DNA of 64,000 bases from Macrostomum hystrix (GCA_950097015.1 CATNEN010000025.1:3224001-3288000), one strand, 5' to 3'. Positions 25,084 to 37,574 are shown, numbered from the stretch's first letter. Notes: generated from the letters alone by a model not told the origin. A program made the numbers and translations.

Positions 25084-26215
25084 TAGCTCAGATTGCAGGA
25101 TTAACTGCTGTTCATTAGCTCAGATTGCAGGATTAACTGCTGTTCATTAGCTCAGATTGCAGGATTAACTGCTGTTCATTAGCTCAGATTGCAGGATTAA
25201 CTGCTGTTCATTAACTCAGGTTGCAAGATTAACTGCCGTTCATTAGCTCAGATTGCAGGATTAACTGCTGTTCATTAGCTCAGATTGCAGGATTAACTGC
25301 TGTTCATTAGCTCAGATTGCAGGATTAACTGCTGTTCATTAGCTCAGATTGCAGGATTAACTGCTGTTCATTAGCTCAGATTGCAGGATTAACTGCTGTT
25401 CATTAACTCAGATTGCAAGATTAACTGCCGTTCATTAGCTCAGATTGCAGGATTAACTGCTGTTCATTAGCTCAGATTGCAGGATTAACTGCTGTTCATT
25501 AGCTCAGATTGCAGGATTAACTGCTGTTCATTAGCTAATATTGCAGGATTAACTGCTGTTCATTAGCTCAGATTGCAGGATTAACTGCTGTTCATTAGCT
25601 CAGATTGCAGGATTAACTGCTGTTCATTAGCTCAGATTGCAGGATTAACTGCTGTTCATTAACTCAGATTGCAAGATTAACTGCCGTTCATTAGCTCAGA
25701 TTGCAGGATTAACTGCTGTTCATTAGCTCAGATTGCAGGATTAACTGCTGTTCATTAGCTCAGGTTGCAAGATTAACTGCTGTTCATTAGCTCAGATTGC
25801 AGGATTAACTGCTGTTCATTAGCTCAGATTGCAGGATTAACTGCTGTTCATTAGCTCAGGTTGCAGGATTAACTGCTGTTCATTAGCTCAGATTGCAGGA
25901 TTAACTGCTGTTGAGTAGCTCAGATTGCAGGATTAACTGCTGTTGAGTAACTCAGATTGCAGGATTAACTGCTGTTCATTAGCTCAGATTGCAGGATTAA
26001 CTGCTGTTCATTAGCTCAGATTGCAGGATTAACTGCCGTTCATTAGCTCAGATTGCTGGATTAACTGCTGTTCATTAGCTCAGATTGCAGGATTAACTGC
26101 TGTTCATTAGCTCAGATTGCAGGATTAACTGCTGTTCATTAGCTCAGATTGCTGGATTAACTGCTGTTGAGTAGCTCAGATTGCAGGATTAACTGCTGTT
26201 GAGTAGCTCAGATTA
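25084..26215. repeat. 32-bp minisatellite (TAGCTCAGATTGCAGGATTAACTGCTGTTCAT)
   Basis: Tandem units, period 32. Confidence 0.95.
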
Positions 26216-26616
26216 CTAAATAAACTAATATTTCTTAGCTGCTGTCTATTGATAAGTGGGTTTTCCAGAGAAGTTGATTAAAAACTTATATGAAACAATT
26301 TCCGACAAATATTTTCTTTTGATTCTACTTTTAGTAGGCTTGCGCGCACAGGTGCCAAGAACATAGTGCTTGGAATTGGCAACCAACCAATCGCAGAGCG
26401 CGCAGAGGGGTCCCTTATGTGATGACTTCAAATGGCCTGACGTAGTCTGAGAAACTGCTAAATCATATTCAGCTTGATCACGCCAGTCTCACATATTTTG
26501 GCTTAGATTGCGGACATCGAATAAAAATCAACGCCAGCTGCTAAAACTGTAAGTATTTCATGTCGATCTTTTTCTTGTTTATTACGTAAATGGGATTTTT
26601 AGCTTAACGTTGCTAA

Positions 26617-27120
26617 AGGAACATTGCTGTGGGATTTGGATAGTGCAGGAACATCGGTGTGGGATTTGGATAGTGCAGGAACATTGGTGTGGGATTTGAA
26701 TAGTGAAGGAACATTGGTGTGGGATTTGGATAGTGCAGGAACATTGGTGTGGGATTTGAATAGTGAAGGAACATTGGTGTGGGATTTGGATAGTGCAGGA
26801 ACATTGGTGTGGGATTTGAATAGTGAAGGAACATTGTTGTGGGATTTGAATAGTGAAGGAACATTGGTGTGGGATTTGAATAGTGAAGGAACATTGGTGT
26901 GGGATTTGAATATTGAAGGAACATTGGTGTGGGATTTGGATAGTGCAGGAACATTGGTGTGGGATTTGGATAGTGAAGGAACATTGGTGTGGGATTTGAA
27001 TAGTGAAGGAACATTGGTGTGGGATTTGAATAGTGCAGGAACATTGGTGCGGGATTTGGATAGTGCAGGAACATTGGTGCGGGATTTGGATAGTGCAGGA
27101 ACATTGGTGCGGGATATTGC
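26617..27120. repeat. 30-bp minisatellite (GGAACATTGGTGTGGGATTTG(G/A)ATAGTG(C/A)A)
   Basis: Tandem units. Confidence 0.95.
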
Positions 27121-27225
27121 TACTGCACTATTGTTAACAGAGCTGTAACTATTTAAGAATGGACAGCCGTTCAGTTAGGTATTTGAGTATTTAAGGCTTT
27201 TAGAGGCTTAAAGTTCGCAGTCTGG

Positions 27226-27335
27226 TCAGTCAGTCAGTCAGTCAGTCAGTCAGTCAGTCAGTCAGTCAGTCAGTCAGTCAGTCAGTCAGTCAGTCAGTCA
27301 GTCAGTCAGTCAGTCAGTCAGTCAGTCAGTCAGTC
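27226..27335. repeat. (CAGT)n microsatellite
   Basis: Near-perfect tetranucleotide run. Confidence 0.97.
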
Positions 27336-27819
27336 TCACTGCACCGCGCAGTGTTTCCTCTGCACTAGAAACAATTTCCCTGTTGCATAATTTAGTAGCT
27401 AAAAGCTCAGCGCGCCCAGCCCACCTGGCCCAACGCGAGACGCGGTTACCGACTTAAAACAGCCGTCGTCCTTTTCTTTCTGAAAAACTGGACGAGGACT
27501 CGCGCAACAGGTTGAGTTCTCACGAGACCTTGCCCCGTCTCTCTCTGTCTTTGTGTCCCTAGCAGTCAGGTTGATGCTGCGAAAAACTAAAAAAAGAACC
27601 GTTTCATCGAGAGCAGATCCTGCGTCAACATCTGCTGGAGGGGGTGGGTCTTGGAGTTGGGCAGCGATGATAAGGCAGAGATTTGCTGCTAGCCTTGAAG
27701 AGAGAATTAGAGGACTCTTGGCACAAGGAAACTATGCGCTTAAATGTAACAATGGTTGAAAGCCGCATGCTCGTTTACATAAATTTATATATGACAGAAA
27801 TGAAAAGAAAGAGGAAAAT

Positions 27820-28615
27820 AGGAAGAAAGAAAGAAAGTCCACTAGGGATGAAGGGTGGAAGAAAAGAAGGGTGGAAGGGATGAAGGGTGGAAGGGTTGAA
27901 AGAGGAAAATAGGAAGGAAGAAAGTCCACTAGGGATGAAGGGTGGAAGAAAAGAAGGGTGGAAGGGATGAAGGGTGGAAGGGAAGTAGGGTGGAAGGGTT
28001 GAAGGGTGGAAGGGAAGAAAGGTGGAAGGGTTGAAGGGTGGAAGGGAAGAAAGGTGGAAGAGATGAAGGGTGGAATGGAAGAAGGGTGGAAGGGAAGAAG
28101 GGTGGAAAGGAAGAAGGGTGGAAGGGAAGAAAGGTGGATAGGAAGAAGGGTGGAAAGGAAGAAGGGTGGAAAGGAAGAAAGGTGGAAGGGATGAAGGGTG
28201 GAAAGGAAGAAGGGTGGAAAGGAAGAAGGGTTGAAGGGAAGAAGGGTGGAAAGGAAGAAGGGTTAAAGGGAAGAAGGGTGGAAAGGGAGAAAGGTGGAAG
28301 GGAAGAAGGGTGGAAAGGAAGAAGGGTTGAAGGGAAGAAGGGTGGAAAGGAAGAAGGGTTGAAGGGAAGAAGGGTGGAAAGGGAGAAAGGTGGAAGGGAA
28401 GAAGGGTGGAAAGGAAGAAGGGTTGAAGGGAAGAAGGGTGGAAAGGAAGAAGGGTTGAAGGGAAGAAGGGTGGAAAGGGAGAAAAGTGGAAGGGAAGAAG
28501 GGTGGAAAGGAAGAAGGGTGGAAGGAAAGAAAGTTGGATCGGAAGGTGGTAGAGAAGAAGGGTGGAAGGGAAGAGAGGGAGGGATGAGGGTTGAAGGGTT
28601 GAAGGGTGGAAGAGA
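27820..28615. repeat. Purine-rich low-complexity repeat (GAAGGGTGGAAAGGAA-like)
   Basis: GA-rich repeated units. Confidence 0.9.
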
Positions 28616-29526
28616 GTAAGCAGGAAGAAGGCAGAAGTTATGATTGCACTGTACATTGATGGCAAGTCAGTGTAGGCGCTGTGCAACTTTTTGCACACGC
28701 AGGAAACGCTTTATTATATTCTTGCGCAATACTGTTGTTCTTTCCTTATCAAACAAAGGTGCCACCTGTCATATGAAGTCTCGGCCAAAGACAATGGAGT
28801 CGTGTTTCACAATTGACAATAATCAAATCAGATTGGTCTAGAAGCGAACCGAACAATGGAACAGAGAATGCAATAAAACTTTATGGACGGGTGTTTTGTC
28901 TATCCCAACTGACGAGATATTATAATTTTTCCTAATCAAGAGCTTTTAGAAAAGTGCACAGTTTCCCAGTGTCCTCAATCACCCAGACGACAGCCGCCAT
29001 TGTTTCAACAGTTTAAGCACGAAAAAAGAGTTTTCGAGCTATTTATATAGGGGGCAGATGGCTTGTTCCATAGTTTCCGGATAATTTCCTGAGTCCGTGA
29101 TGAGATGCTCCCAGTGGAAGCCGACGAGACGGCCGATCGAGGAAACCCAATTTCTCCAGGGCCCGGGCTGTCTATCCGCATTGATTGTGGCTATACAGTG
29201 TGCTCACCGCTTGCTTGTTATCCCTCCAGTTCTCAAGGACTAGGAATTAATAGGAATCAATGAATCTGCACTGCATATTATTGCTTCATATAAATAGAAA
29301 CATCTGGTCTTCTCAATTCATTGTTGACGCTGCCTCAAAGTTTGCGTGCTGCGAGCCATCGAGCTGTTTCATCGATTGCGCGAAGCAATCAAGTATCATT
29401 GGCTCGCTGGGGTATAGTCTATGGTATAAACCTCAGCTTCGGAGGCTTGAGAGGTGGAGTGGTGGCGTGTGCGACTCTAGCGCCACGGTCGAGGCCGTGG
29501 AAAGACGACTTGAGGGCTTGTCGCTT

Positions 29527-29640
29527 TGCGACTGTACTAAACCAGTGCGGCTGTACTAAACCAGTGCGCCTGAACTCTCCACTAGTGCGGCTGTACTAAA
29601 CCAGTGCGGCTGTACTAATCCAGTGCGGCTGTACTAAACC
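29527..29640. repeat. Short 19-bp tandem repeat (CTGTACTAAACCAGTGCGG)
   Basis: About 5-6 units. Confidence 0.85.
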
Positions 29641-29763
29641 AGAGCGCCCGTTTTTAACCCATTGCACCTACTCCATGAGTGCTCTAAAAAACAAATAGAA
29701 TTTCGTCTGGATAAATTTTTGAAAACTCACAGCAAATCTCCCGCCACAAATACAATGTTCCAG

Positions 29764-32700
29764 CAACGAAAAGAAGGCCGCCTTTCACGAAGTCACCCTG
29801 CCAAATCGTCTCATGCGCCTCTATCCGAACGGGACAGTGTACTACGCTGCAAAGTGTGTATTCTTTTGGGAACATTCAGATAAAGGAACTATTTTGCCTT
29901 GGCTTAAAACTCGCAGATTACAGCTCCAAGATTAGCGGAGTAGGGTATGACAGGAAACAAGTAATAATCATGGCTATTTTTAGTATTTTTAGTATATTAA
30001 ATCTCTCAATGCAGGATTACAGCTACACTTTCGTGCCAGATGAAGCTACACAAATATCCGCTGGATACACAGGTCTGCCCTATTCAGTTTGAGTCGTGTG
30101 AGTTCACTGCTTGGCTAGAATGCGCCTGAATTAATGCTACTTTTCTGCATTATACTACTATCTCGGTAGAGTAATTTGCGCATAAAATTTCCTACATTAT
30201 AAACAACAGTCGGTCACACAGTAAAAGCCAATGTTTACCAATGGCGCCCAATGCCAGTTGAGACTGATGAACAGCTGATATTACCTCAATTCGAGCTGCA
30301 CGCCACTAACACCAGAAACTGTCAGCAGACTTATGCTACAGGTGAGAGTTGTTCACGCACTGCATGCATTTAGCGCTTACTCGTTGAATATCTCGATAGC
30401 AATATTAGGCGCTTTACCAAAAATAGTAACGGCGATGGCGTTAACGATCGTTACTGACCATTTGGAAACGGAAACACTTGGTAACGAAAATGTGACGAAT
30501 CGATTGGGAAATCAAATCGGTGTGCTTTATAACTCTCAAACAGGTGACTACCCTTGCCTAGAGGTTGAGTTCGTGCTCAGGCGCAACATTGGCTACTATC
30601 TGATTCAGCTGTACGTGCCCTCAGTCCTGATTGTGATCCTCTCCTGGGTGGCGTTCTGGATCTCGATTGACGCCATTCCCGCCAGGGTGACCATCGGGCT
30701 GCTCACTGTGCTCACTATGACTACCCAGAGTGCCACGGCTCGGGCCAGCCTTCCGAGAGTGTCCTACATCAAGGTCGGATGCTTCATAGGCCATTAAAAC
30801 GGTCCTTTTAAGTATTAAATAATGCATTGTCTGAGACTGTGTCGGCACTGTACACAATCAGATCAATGAGACAGTGGCAGTTCAGTACACAATCTGACCT
30901 ATCAGACAGTGTCAGCACTGTACACAATCTGACCAATGAAACTGTGTCAGCTCTGTACACAATCAGATCAGTGAGACTGTGGCAGTTCAGTACACAATCT
31001 GACCAATGAGACTGTGTCAGCTCTGTACACAATCTGACCAATAAGACTGTGTCAGCTCTGTACACAATCTGACCAATCAGACAGTGTCAGCTCTGTACAC
31101 AATCTGACCAATCAGACTGTGTCAGCTCTGTACACAATCTGACCAATCAGACAGTGTCAGCTCTGTACACAATCTGACCAATCAGACTGTGTCAGGTCTC
31201 AAGCGCAATACGCCCCTCAGGCCATGGACGTGTGGATGAGCATCTGCCTGCTGTTCGTGTTCGCCTCCCTGCTCGAGTTCGCTGTTGTGAACGTGTTCAG
31301 CCGGAAGGAGATTCGGAAGAAGTCGCAGGGTCTCAACATCCTGTCGGAGACTGCAAAGAACTTCGAGGAGATGATCTGCGCTCAGGTGAGAGATTGTTTT
31401 GTGATGCAACCTGCGGTGAGTAGATTAGTGTTTTACTCTTGTATGTATATTTTTTCGTTACTTATTCTACGTAATAAAAGTGAAAAGCTTGAAATTTTCA
31501 GAAGTCAAGAAAAAGGCTTGTCACAAGAGTAAGTAGCCAGCTTAGATTTCGCAAATAGTATCGCAGACATTTAAAATCGGCAGTAAACTCATATATTCTC
31601 TATTCGCAGTATACTACTCATTAAATGGTGGATGTGTCAGTAGTATCAAAAACAATTTGGCATGACCAATGTTTAAAATGTTATTTTTTTACTGAAAATG
31701 TGTATGGTTATAACTACTATGGTTATTATATTCGACTGATAAAATAAATGGCGCAGGCGTTGACAGTCCGTGGCCTCACAAACATTCGACCGCCAAGAAG
31801 GTCGCCGACTGTACCAGGTGGCCATGGCGGCGGCGGAAGCGGCCTTGGTGCTGCAGCTTCAGCTAGCGCTAAACGGCGGTATACGGTAACAGCATAGCCA
31901 CAGTCAGAGTGATGATGGGACAGTCAGTGTGATGATGGGACAGTCAGTGTGATGATGGGACAGTCAGTGTGATGATGGGACAGTCAGTGTGATGATGGGA
32001 CAGTCAGAGTGATGATGGGACAGTCAGAGTGATGATGGGACAGTCAGAGTGATGATGGGACAGTCAGTGTGATGATGGGACAGTCAGAGTGATGATGGGA
32101 CAGTCAGTGTGATGATGGGACAGTCAGTGTGATGATGGGACAGTCAGTGTGATGATGGGACAGTCAGTGTGATGATGGGACAGTCAGTGTGATGATCAGG
32201 CAGTCAGTGGGAAATTATTTCTTCCTAAATTCCTAAATGCATGACCGCAGGATCGGTCATAAGTTTTCCTCCCACTCTATTTTAAGAATTTCCTCTTGCT
32301 TTTTGTTCAACGTTTTGTTAAATTTGAGAGCCAACCAAAGTAGCACAGCTTTCCCGTTGCTAGGCTGTATGCATGCACTTTTCAGAAAAACAGTTTTTTA
32401 AACGGCTGATGACCTTGATGTGCACAGTTTCACATTTTCAAATTGCTTCGGGTGGCCAGTAGTGTTCCAGACATTTTGCTGGAGTGACAAAAGTACACAA
32501 TGAAGGGGAATTCAGTGCTATGGTCTAAATAATGGTCGATAAAGACGGGCAGTTTTTAAAACAAGCTACATTGTCAGGATATTAAAATGAGTGTTTGACT
32601 TTCTTATAGATTATTGATTTGTCGCAGCAGAAAAACTGCCATACAATTTGGGGCCACCCAAAGTAACCTATTAATTGTAATCAATTTCTTTAATTAGAAC

Positions 32701-34125
32701 TTATCCGATAACATAAGTTTTGGCACCATCCAATATTAGTTATTGATGAAAAAACTCCCAATACAAATTTAAAATTTGCATTGCTCAGCTCTTTTTTAAC
32801 TTAATTAAATTAGTTCAATTTACCACCCGAAAGATACGAGCTCCTACAAGACGACACTGACATTGATTTCGCATGCTAATTTTTTTTTGCTTTGGAAAGA
32901 AAGATTACAAATGTCAGTTTGAATTCTAGATTTTTTGTTTTAGTGTAGCCAGCTGGCTAACCTTGAAATTTATTCTAAATGACAGATCACAATAAAGTTA
33001 GGAATCGATTTTTTATAATGAACACTAGCTGCACAGATAGCCATATAGATTGAACACTAGCTGCACAGATAGCCATGTAGATTGAACACTAGCTGTACAG
33101 ATAGCCATGTAGATTGAACACTAGCTGCACAGATAGCCATATAGATTGAACACTAGCTGCACAGATAGCCATGTAGATTGAACACTAGCTGTACAGTTAG
33201 CCATGTAGATTGAACACTAGCTGTACAGATAGCCATGTAGATTGAACACTAGCTGCACAGATAGCCATATAGATTGAACACTAGCTGCACAGATAGCCAT
33301 ATAGATTGAACACTAGCTGTACAGATAGCCATGTAGATTGAACACTAGCTGCACAGATAGCCATGTAGATTGAACACTAGCTGCACAGATAGCCATATAG
33401 ATTGAACACTAGCTGCACAGATAGCCATGTAGATTGAACACTAGCTGCACAGATAGCCATATAGATTGAACACTAGCTGCACAGATAGCCATGTAGATTG
33501 AACACTAGCTGTACAGTTAGCCATGTAGATTGAACACTAGCTGCACAGATAGCCATGTAGATTGAACACTAGCTGCACAGATAGCCATGTAGATTGAACA
33601 CTAGCTGCACAGATAGCCATGTAGATTGAACACTAGCTGCACAGATAGCCATATAGATTGAACACTAGCTGCACAGATAGCCATGTAGATTGAACACTAG
33701 CTGTACAGTTAGCCATGTAGATTGAACACTAGCTGCACAGATAGCCATGTAGATTGAACACTAGCTGTACAGATAGCCATATAGATTGAACACTAGCTGC
33801 ACAGTTAGCCATATAGATTGAACACTAGCTGCACAGATAGCCATTTAGATAATATCATCATCTCGGCATCCAGGAGGCCGACTGGGACGACGAGGCACCG
33901 CCGCCGATCGACGATGGTGAAGGCGGCATCGTCGGAGGCCGCGGTGTCGGCGGTGGCGGCCCGCCATCCGGTCCGTTCAGCGCCTACAGTCGGCGCCAGG
34001 CGCACAAGCGTCGCGAGGAGATGCGCCAGCGGGCGCGCGTGATTGACAAGCTAGCCAGGAAGCTTTTCCCTCTGGTATTTGTGCTGTTCAATGTGGTGTA
34101 CTGGATTGGCTACAATCTATGGTAG
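29764..34125 (+). CDS. Cys-loop ligand-gated anion channel subunit (glycine receptor/GluCl-like), 5'-incomplete; exons 29764-29853, 30015-30097, 30210-30341, 30544-30773, 31221-31385, probable 31757-31885, 33874-34125
   Basis: [23 protein letters not shown], Cys-loop [19 protein letters not shown], loop C cysteine pair (NCQQTYATG|DYPCL), M1, PAR anion-selectivity motif, M2, LPRVSYIK|AMDVW, M3, and M4 [21 protein letters not shown]. Splice phases match; the 31757-31885 loop exon is less certain. Confidence 0.93.
30825..31195. repeat. About 40-bp intronic minisatellite (CAGCTCTGTACACAATCTGACCAATCAGACTGTGT-like)
   Basis: Tandem units inside the channel intron between M2 and M3. Confidence 0.9.
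31900..32210. repeat. 20-bp intronic minisatellite (GTGATGATGGGACAGTCAGT)
   Basis: Tandem units. Confidence 0.95.
33019..33845. repeat. 32-bp intronic minisatellite (GAACACTAGCTGCACAGATAGCCATGTAGATT)
   Basis: Tandem units ending about 30 nt before the last channel exon. Confidence 0.95.
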
Positions 34126-34484
34126 CGAACTACTTCAAGTAGTATAAGGAAGCATTGTCGATATAATAGAAATTCGCTTCTTTTTAATCCAAAATTGTAC
34201 TCTGTGGACTTAAAAGAATGCGAGCTCACTTTTGCTTAAATTCACACGTGTTAAAATGTACGAAATAATTAATACTGCGTTGAATTAAATTGAAAAAGAA
34301 AATTAGAAATTTTAAAAAGCAAAAATCGGAAATATTGTCTTAGATTTCTCTAATCAATCATATTTCTGCTTTGAAAATTCGTGCGTGACTGTCCGACTTT
34401 CCAGGATTTGAATAAATTTAATTGAAGTTTTGTCAAAAATATTGTTTTGTGATATTTATAGATAGTTAGATAGGCCGAATAATC

Positions 34485-34486
<2 letters not shown>

Positions 34487-34567
<81 letters not shown>
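34487..34567. repeat. (GATA)n microsatellite
   Basis: Tetranucleotide run. Confidence 0.97.
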
Positions 34568-35669
34568 GCAGTGAGACTCTGGCAGCCCACAGTCGATGGG
34601 CAAATATTCTCCTGACAAGTTAGGCCGAGCTGATTGGCAAAGCAGATCAGACAAAGATGGATGGATGGAGCACACGGCTGTGCCAATGCCACGTGCAAAG
34701 AGTCGGTCATGTTGGGCTGTAGCTCACAAAAGTGGATGGGGGCACCGGGCACAAGCGGAAACGGACGCTGGGCAAGCTGCATGGAAAACAGGCTTGACCA
34801 AGCACCTGCTTGATCAGCTGTTGAAAGAAGCTGATCACGAAGATGAGGACCTGGGAGGGGAGGCGCCTCAAGCCGCAGAGGCTGCAATCAGTTGATTGGG
34901 GGCAGCGTCAGGGCCGAAAAAGCACGCGCCAGCGGCCCCCTGAAGTGGCCAGGGATTATTATCGGCTTAAATCGGCATCGATGGCTGATAATGAGCGATA
35001 ATCCGTTAGTAGCGAGACAAAATCTACTATGGCATTGGGGGCAGAGACTCGATTAAGCCGGCCATCTGTAGCTTAAACTGTCTTTTACCTTTATGAGCCT
35101 GTCCGACTTGAACCGTATCAGTTTCCGCAACTCTTACTATAACTCTCTCTATCTGTCTCTCTTTTATGTTATTCTCCGTAACTGCAGTTTGCTTCACAAT
35201 CCATCTGAATTAATAAGTTTTTCTTCTGCACCCTCCTTCTAGCCATCTACTATCTCTAGTTTTTCTTCTACCCTTTGAAAACATAAAACTATTTTAGTTT
35301 ACTCATTTCTATTGCATCTCCTGTCTCTATCTTCCCTCTCCTGTCTTTCTCATCTCTCTCATCACTCTCTCCTCTCCATTTCCTATCAATCAACTCTGTC
35401 TCTTCTCTCTCCTCTCTCTCCCTCTCTCTCTCCTCTCTCTCCTCTCTCTCCTCTCTCTCCTCTCTCTCCTCTCTCTCCTCTCTCTCTCCTCTCTCTCCCC
35501 TCTCTCCCTCTCTCTCCTCTCTCTCCCTCTCTCTCCTCTCTCTCCCTCTCTCTCCTCTCTCTCTCCTCTCTTTCTCCTCTCTCTCCCGCTCTCTCTCCCT
35601 CTCTCCCTCTCTCTCTCTCCTCTCTCTCCTCTCTCTCCTCTCACCCGCTCTCTCTCTAGCGCTAGGCTA

Positions 35670-35714
35670 GACTCTACTGATGAGCTCCAAAAAGAGCGAA
35701 ACGCGTCTGGAGTT
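35670..35714 (+). ncRNA. Minimal type I hammerhead ribozyme, copy 1
   Basis: Stem I GACUCUA/UGGAGUU; core CUGAUGA; stem II GCUC-CAAAAA-GAGC; GAAA; palindromic stem III ACGCGU; predicted cleavage after GUC at 35707. Confidence 0.9.
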
Positions 35715-36005
35715 GCCATGGTTCGAATCCTGATTTCATTTTTTTCGATACATATCGGAATCGATTCCAACATTAGATTTTTGAAATTCAATGGGCAGTG
35801 TCCTCTCTCCTCTCTCCCACTCTCTCTCTCCCTCTCTCCCTCTCTCTCAGGCCAGCACCGGCGTCTCGTACGACCGAGTCAGTGCCACGGAGTTGAGTGA
35901 GTATGGATTGAGTTGCGGGGCGCTGCCGAATCGATTACGATATGTTGAGATTGAAAGCTGGATTTGAACAAGCGCCTATAGTCTAATGGCTAGAGCGCTA
36001 GGCTA

Positions 36006-36050
36006 GACTCTACTGATGAGCTCCAAAAAGAGCGAAACGCGTCTGGAGTT
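36006..36050 (+). ncRNA. Minimal type I hammerhead ribozyme, copy 2 (identical, 336 bp downstream)
   Basis: Same core and stems; predicted cleavage after 36043. Confidence 0.9.
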
Positions 36051-37574
36051 GCCATGGTTCGAATCCTGATTTCAATTTTTTCGATACATATCGGAATCGA
36101 TTCCAACATTAGATTTTTGAAATTCAATGGGCAGTGTCCTCTCTCCTCTCTCCCGCTCTCTCTCTCCCTCTCTCCCTCTCTCCCTCCCTCTCTCTCATCT
36201 TTCTCTCCTCTCTCTTCTCTTCTCTCCTCTCCTCTCCTCTCTATCCACTCTGTAACTATGCATAATAAAGTGTCCCTCTCCTCTCTCTCCTATCTACCCT
36301 CTCTCCTCACTCTTCTCTCTCCTCTCTATCCCCTCTGTATCTCCTCTCTCTGCCTCCTATCGTTCCCCTCCCCTCCTCTTTCCTCCTTCTCCTCTCTCTA
36401 CTCTCTCCGCTATTTATAACTCGTAGATGTAGCCAGCTTGTACTATTTCTCCAGTCTCTCCAACTCCAGTCTCCAGTCGCTGTATCTCTGTATCTGTTTA
36501 TCTCCCCTCCATTATCACTTTATAAGGTTATAAGCTTATTCTTAGCCGCTACAGAAAGCCTATTATAAAATCTGGATTAAATTTGAACGCTTTCTCAATA
36601 ATTGCTTCATAGCAAAACAACAGAGAAAAAAATAGACAAAGGCTGAATCACGATTTCAGGATTGACTTTAAGCTCTCAAATAAATTGACGGAGGCAGCGG
36701 TTATAGTGGCAGCTGCGGGCAAGTCAGCGGGTTAAAAAATCAAATCGTACTCGCCTAAACACTGCTCAAATAGATTGTTGCAGTTTTTGCAACAAAAAAG
36801 AAACCCGGATTGAAACCGGACCCAACGAAGGACAAAGCATCAGCGTGGAATAGGATCAGAGAGAAGCCAAGGGAATCTCGTTATGCACTCAGCGGATGCA
36901 GAGAGAGGGGCTAGAGAGGAGAGGACTGGATGAGAGGACAGGAGCTAAAAAGAGGACTGGACCTTAAAAAAAGAGAGAGAGGAATCGGTTAATGATGAAT
37001 TGATGTGGGAGTTGAGAACAGCGCCAGATCCCCAGGTGGGCTCCGAGCACGGCGGTTGTGCCCGTCCGCTACCCGCCGCCCCACCTCATTATTCCTCTAC
37101 CTCTCGCCCTCAGCCTTCGTTTCGCCTTTACTCGCCGTTTTTTGTTGCAAAGTCAAGCCGCAGCCTCAGCCGCCAACCCTCCCCTGCTGTCGTCCATTCT
37201 ATATTGAGCAGGTGTCTTTGGGGTTCTGATGGCAAATCGCGTCCGCTGCTCAAGTTAAGCACCCACCCCCGCCATCTGGCACCCCCCAGTAGCCATATTC
37301 CAACGGCTTTACTCAGTGTCTGCGGCAGAATCAGTTGCCCTTGTTATAGAAAATATCAGTGAAAAAAATTTTCCATTAGCAACTATCAATAGTAAGGATT
37401 TGTTTGATCAGAGCTTATCATTGACATTTGCCAAAATATTTCTTTCTCATTTTGGTCAACAGCAGCAGTTCGATGCTCAACAGGTAAATACGCGCGTAAA
37501 AATTGGTTAAAATTTCTGAAATTTGTTATGGCATTTTGTTTCATTGGTCATGTTGGTGAGACAAAAAAGGGACG

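Larger units (their letters stand above)
35659..36180 (+). mobile_element. Tandem tRNA-derived, ribozyme-bearing element (retrozyme/Sm-alpha-like): a 5'-truncated copy plus a full copy
   Basis: Direct duplication of about 35659-35845 at 35995-36180. A box TAGTCTAATGG at 35979-35989. B boxes GGTTCGAATCC at 35720-35730 and 36056-36066. T-runs follow each B box. Confidence 0.7.

Noticed and set aside
25084-26215. Regular 30-32-bp repeats resembling CRISPR direct repeats (also 26617-27120 and 33019-33845)
   Set aside because: Units are head-to-tail without spacers, the context is eukaryotic, and no cas genes are present.
34570-34895. Possible 3' fragment of an RTE-like LINE next to (GATA)n
   Set aside because: Only a vague resemblance (DQLLKEAD); no reverse transcriptase motif can be supported.
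35972-36070. Functional tRNA gene
   Set aside because: A and B boxes are present, but there is no acceptor-stem pairing or anticodon arm; treated as a tRNA-derived element instead.
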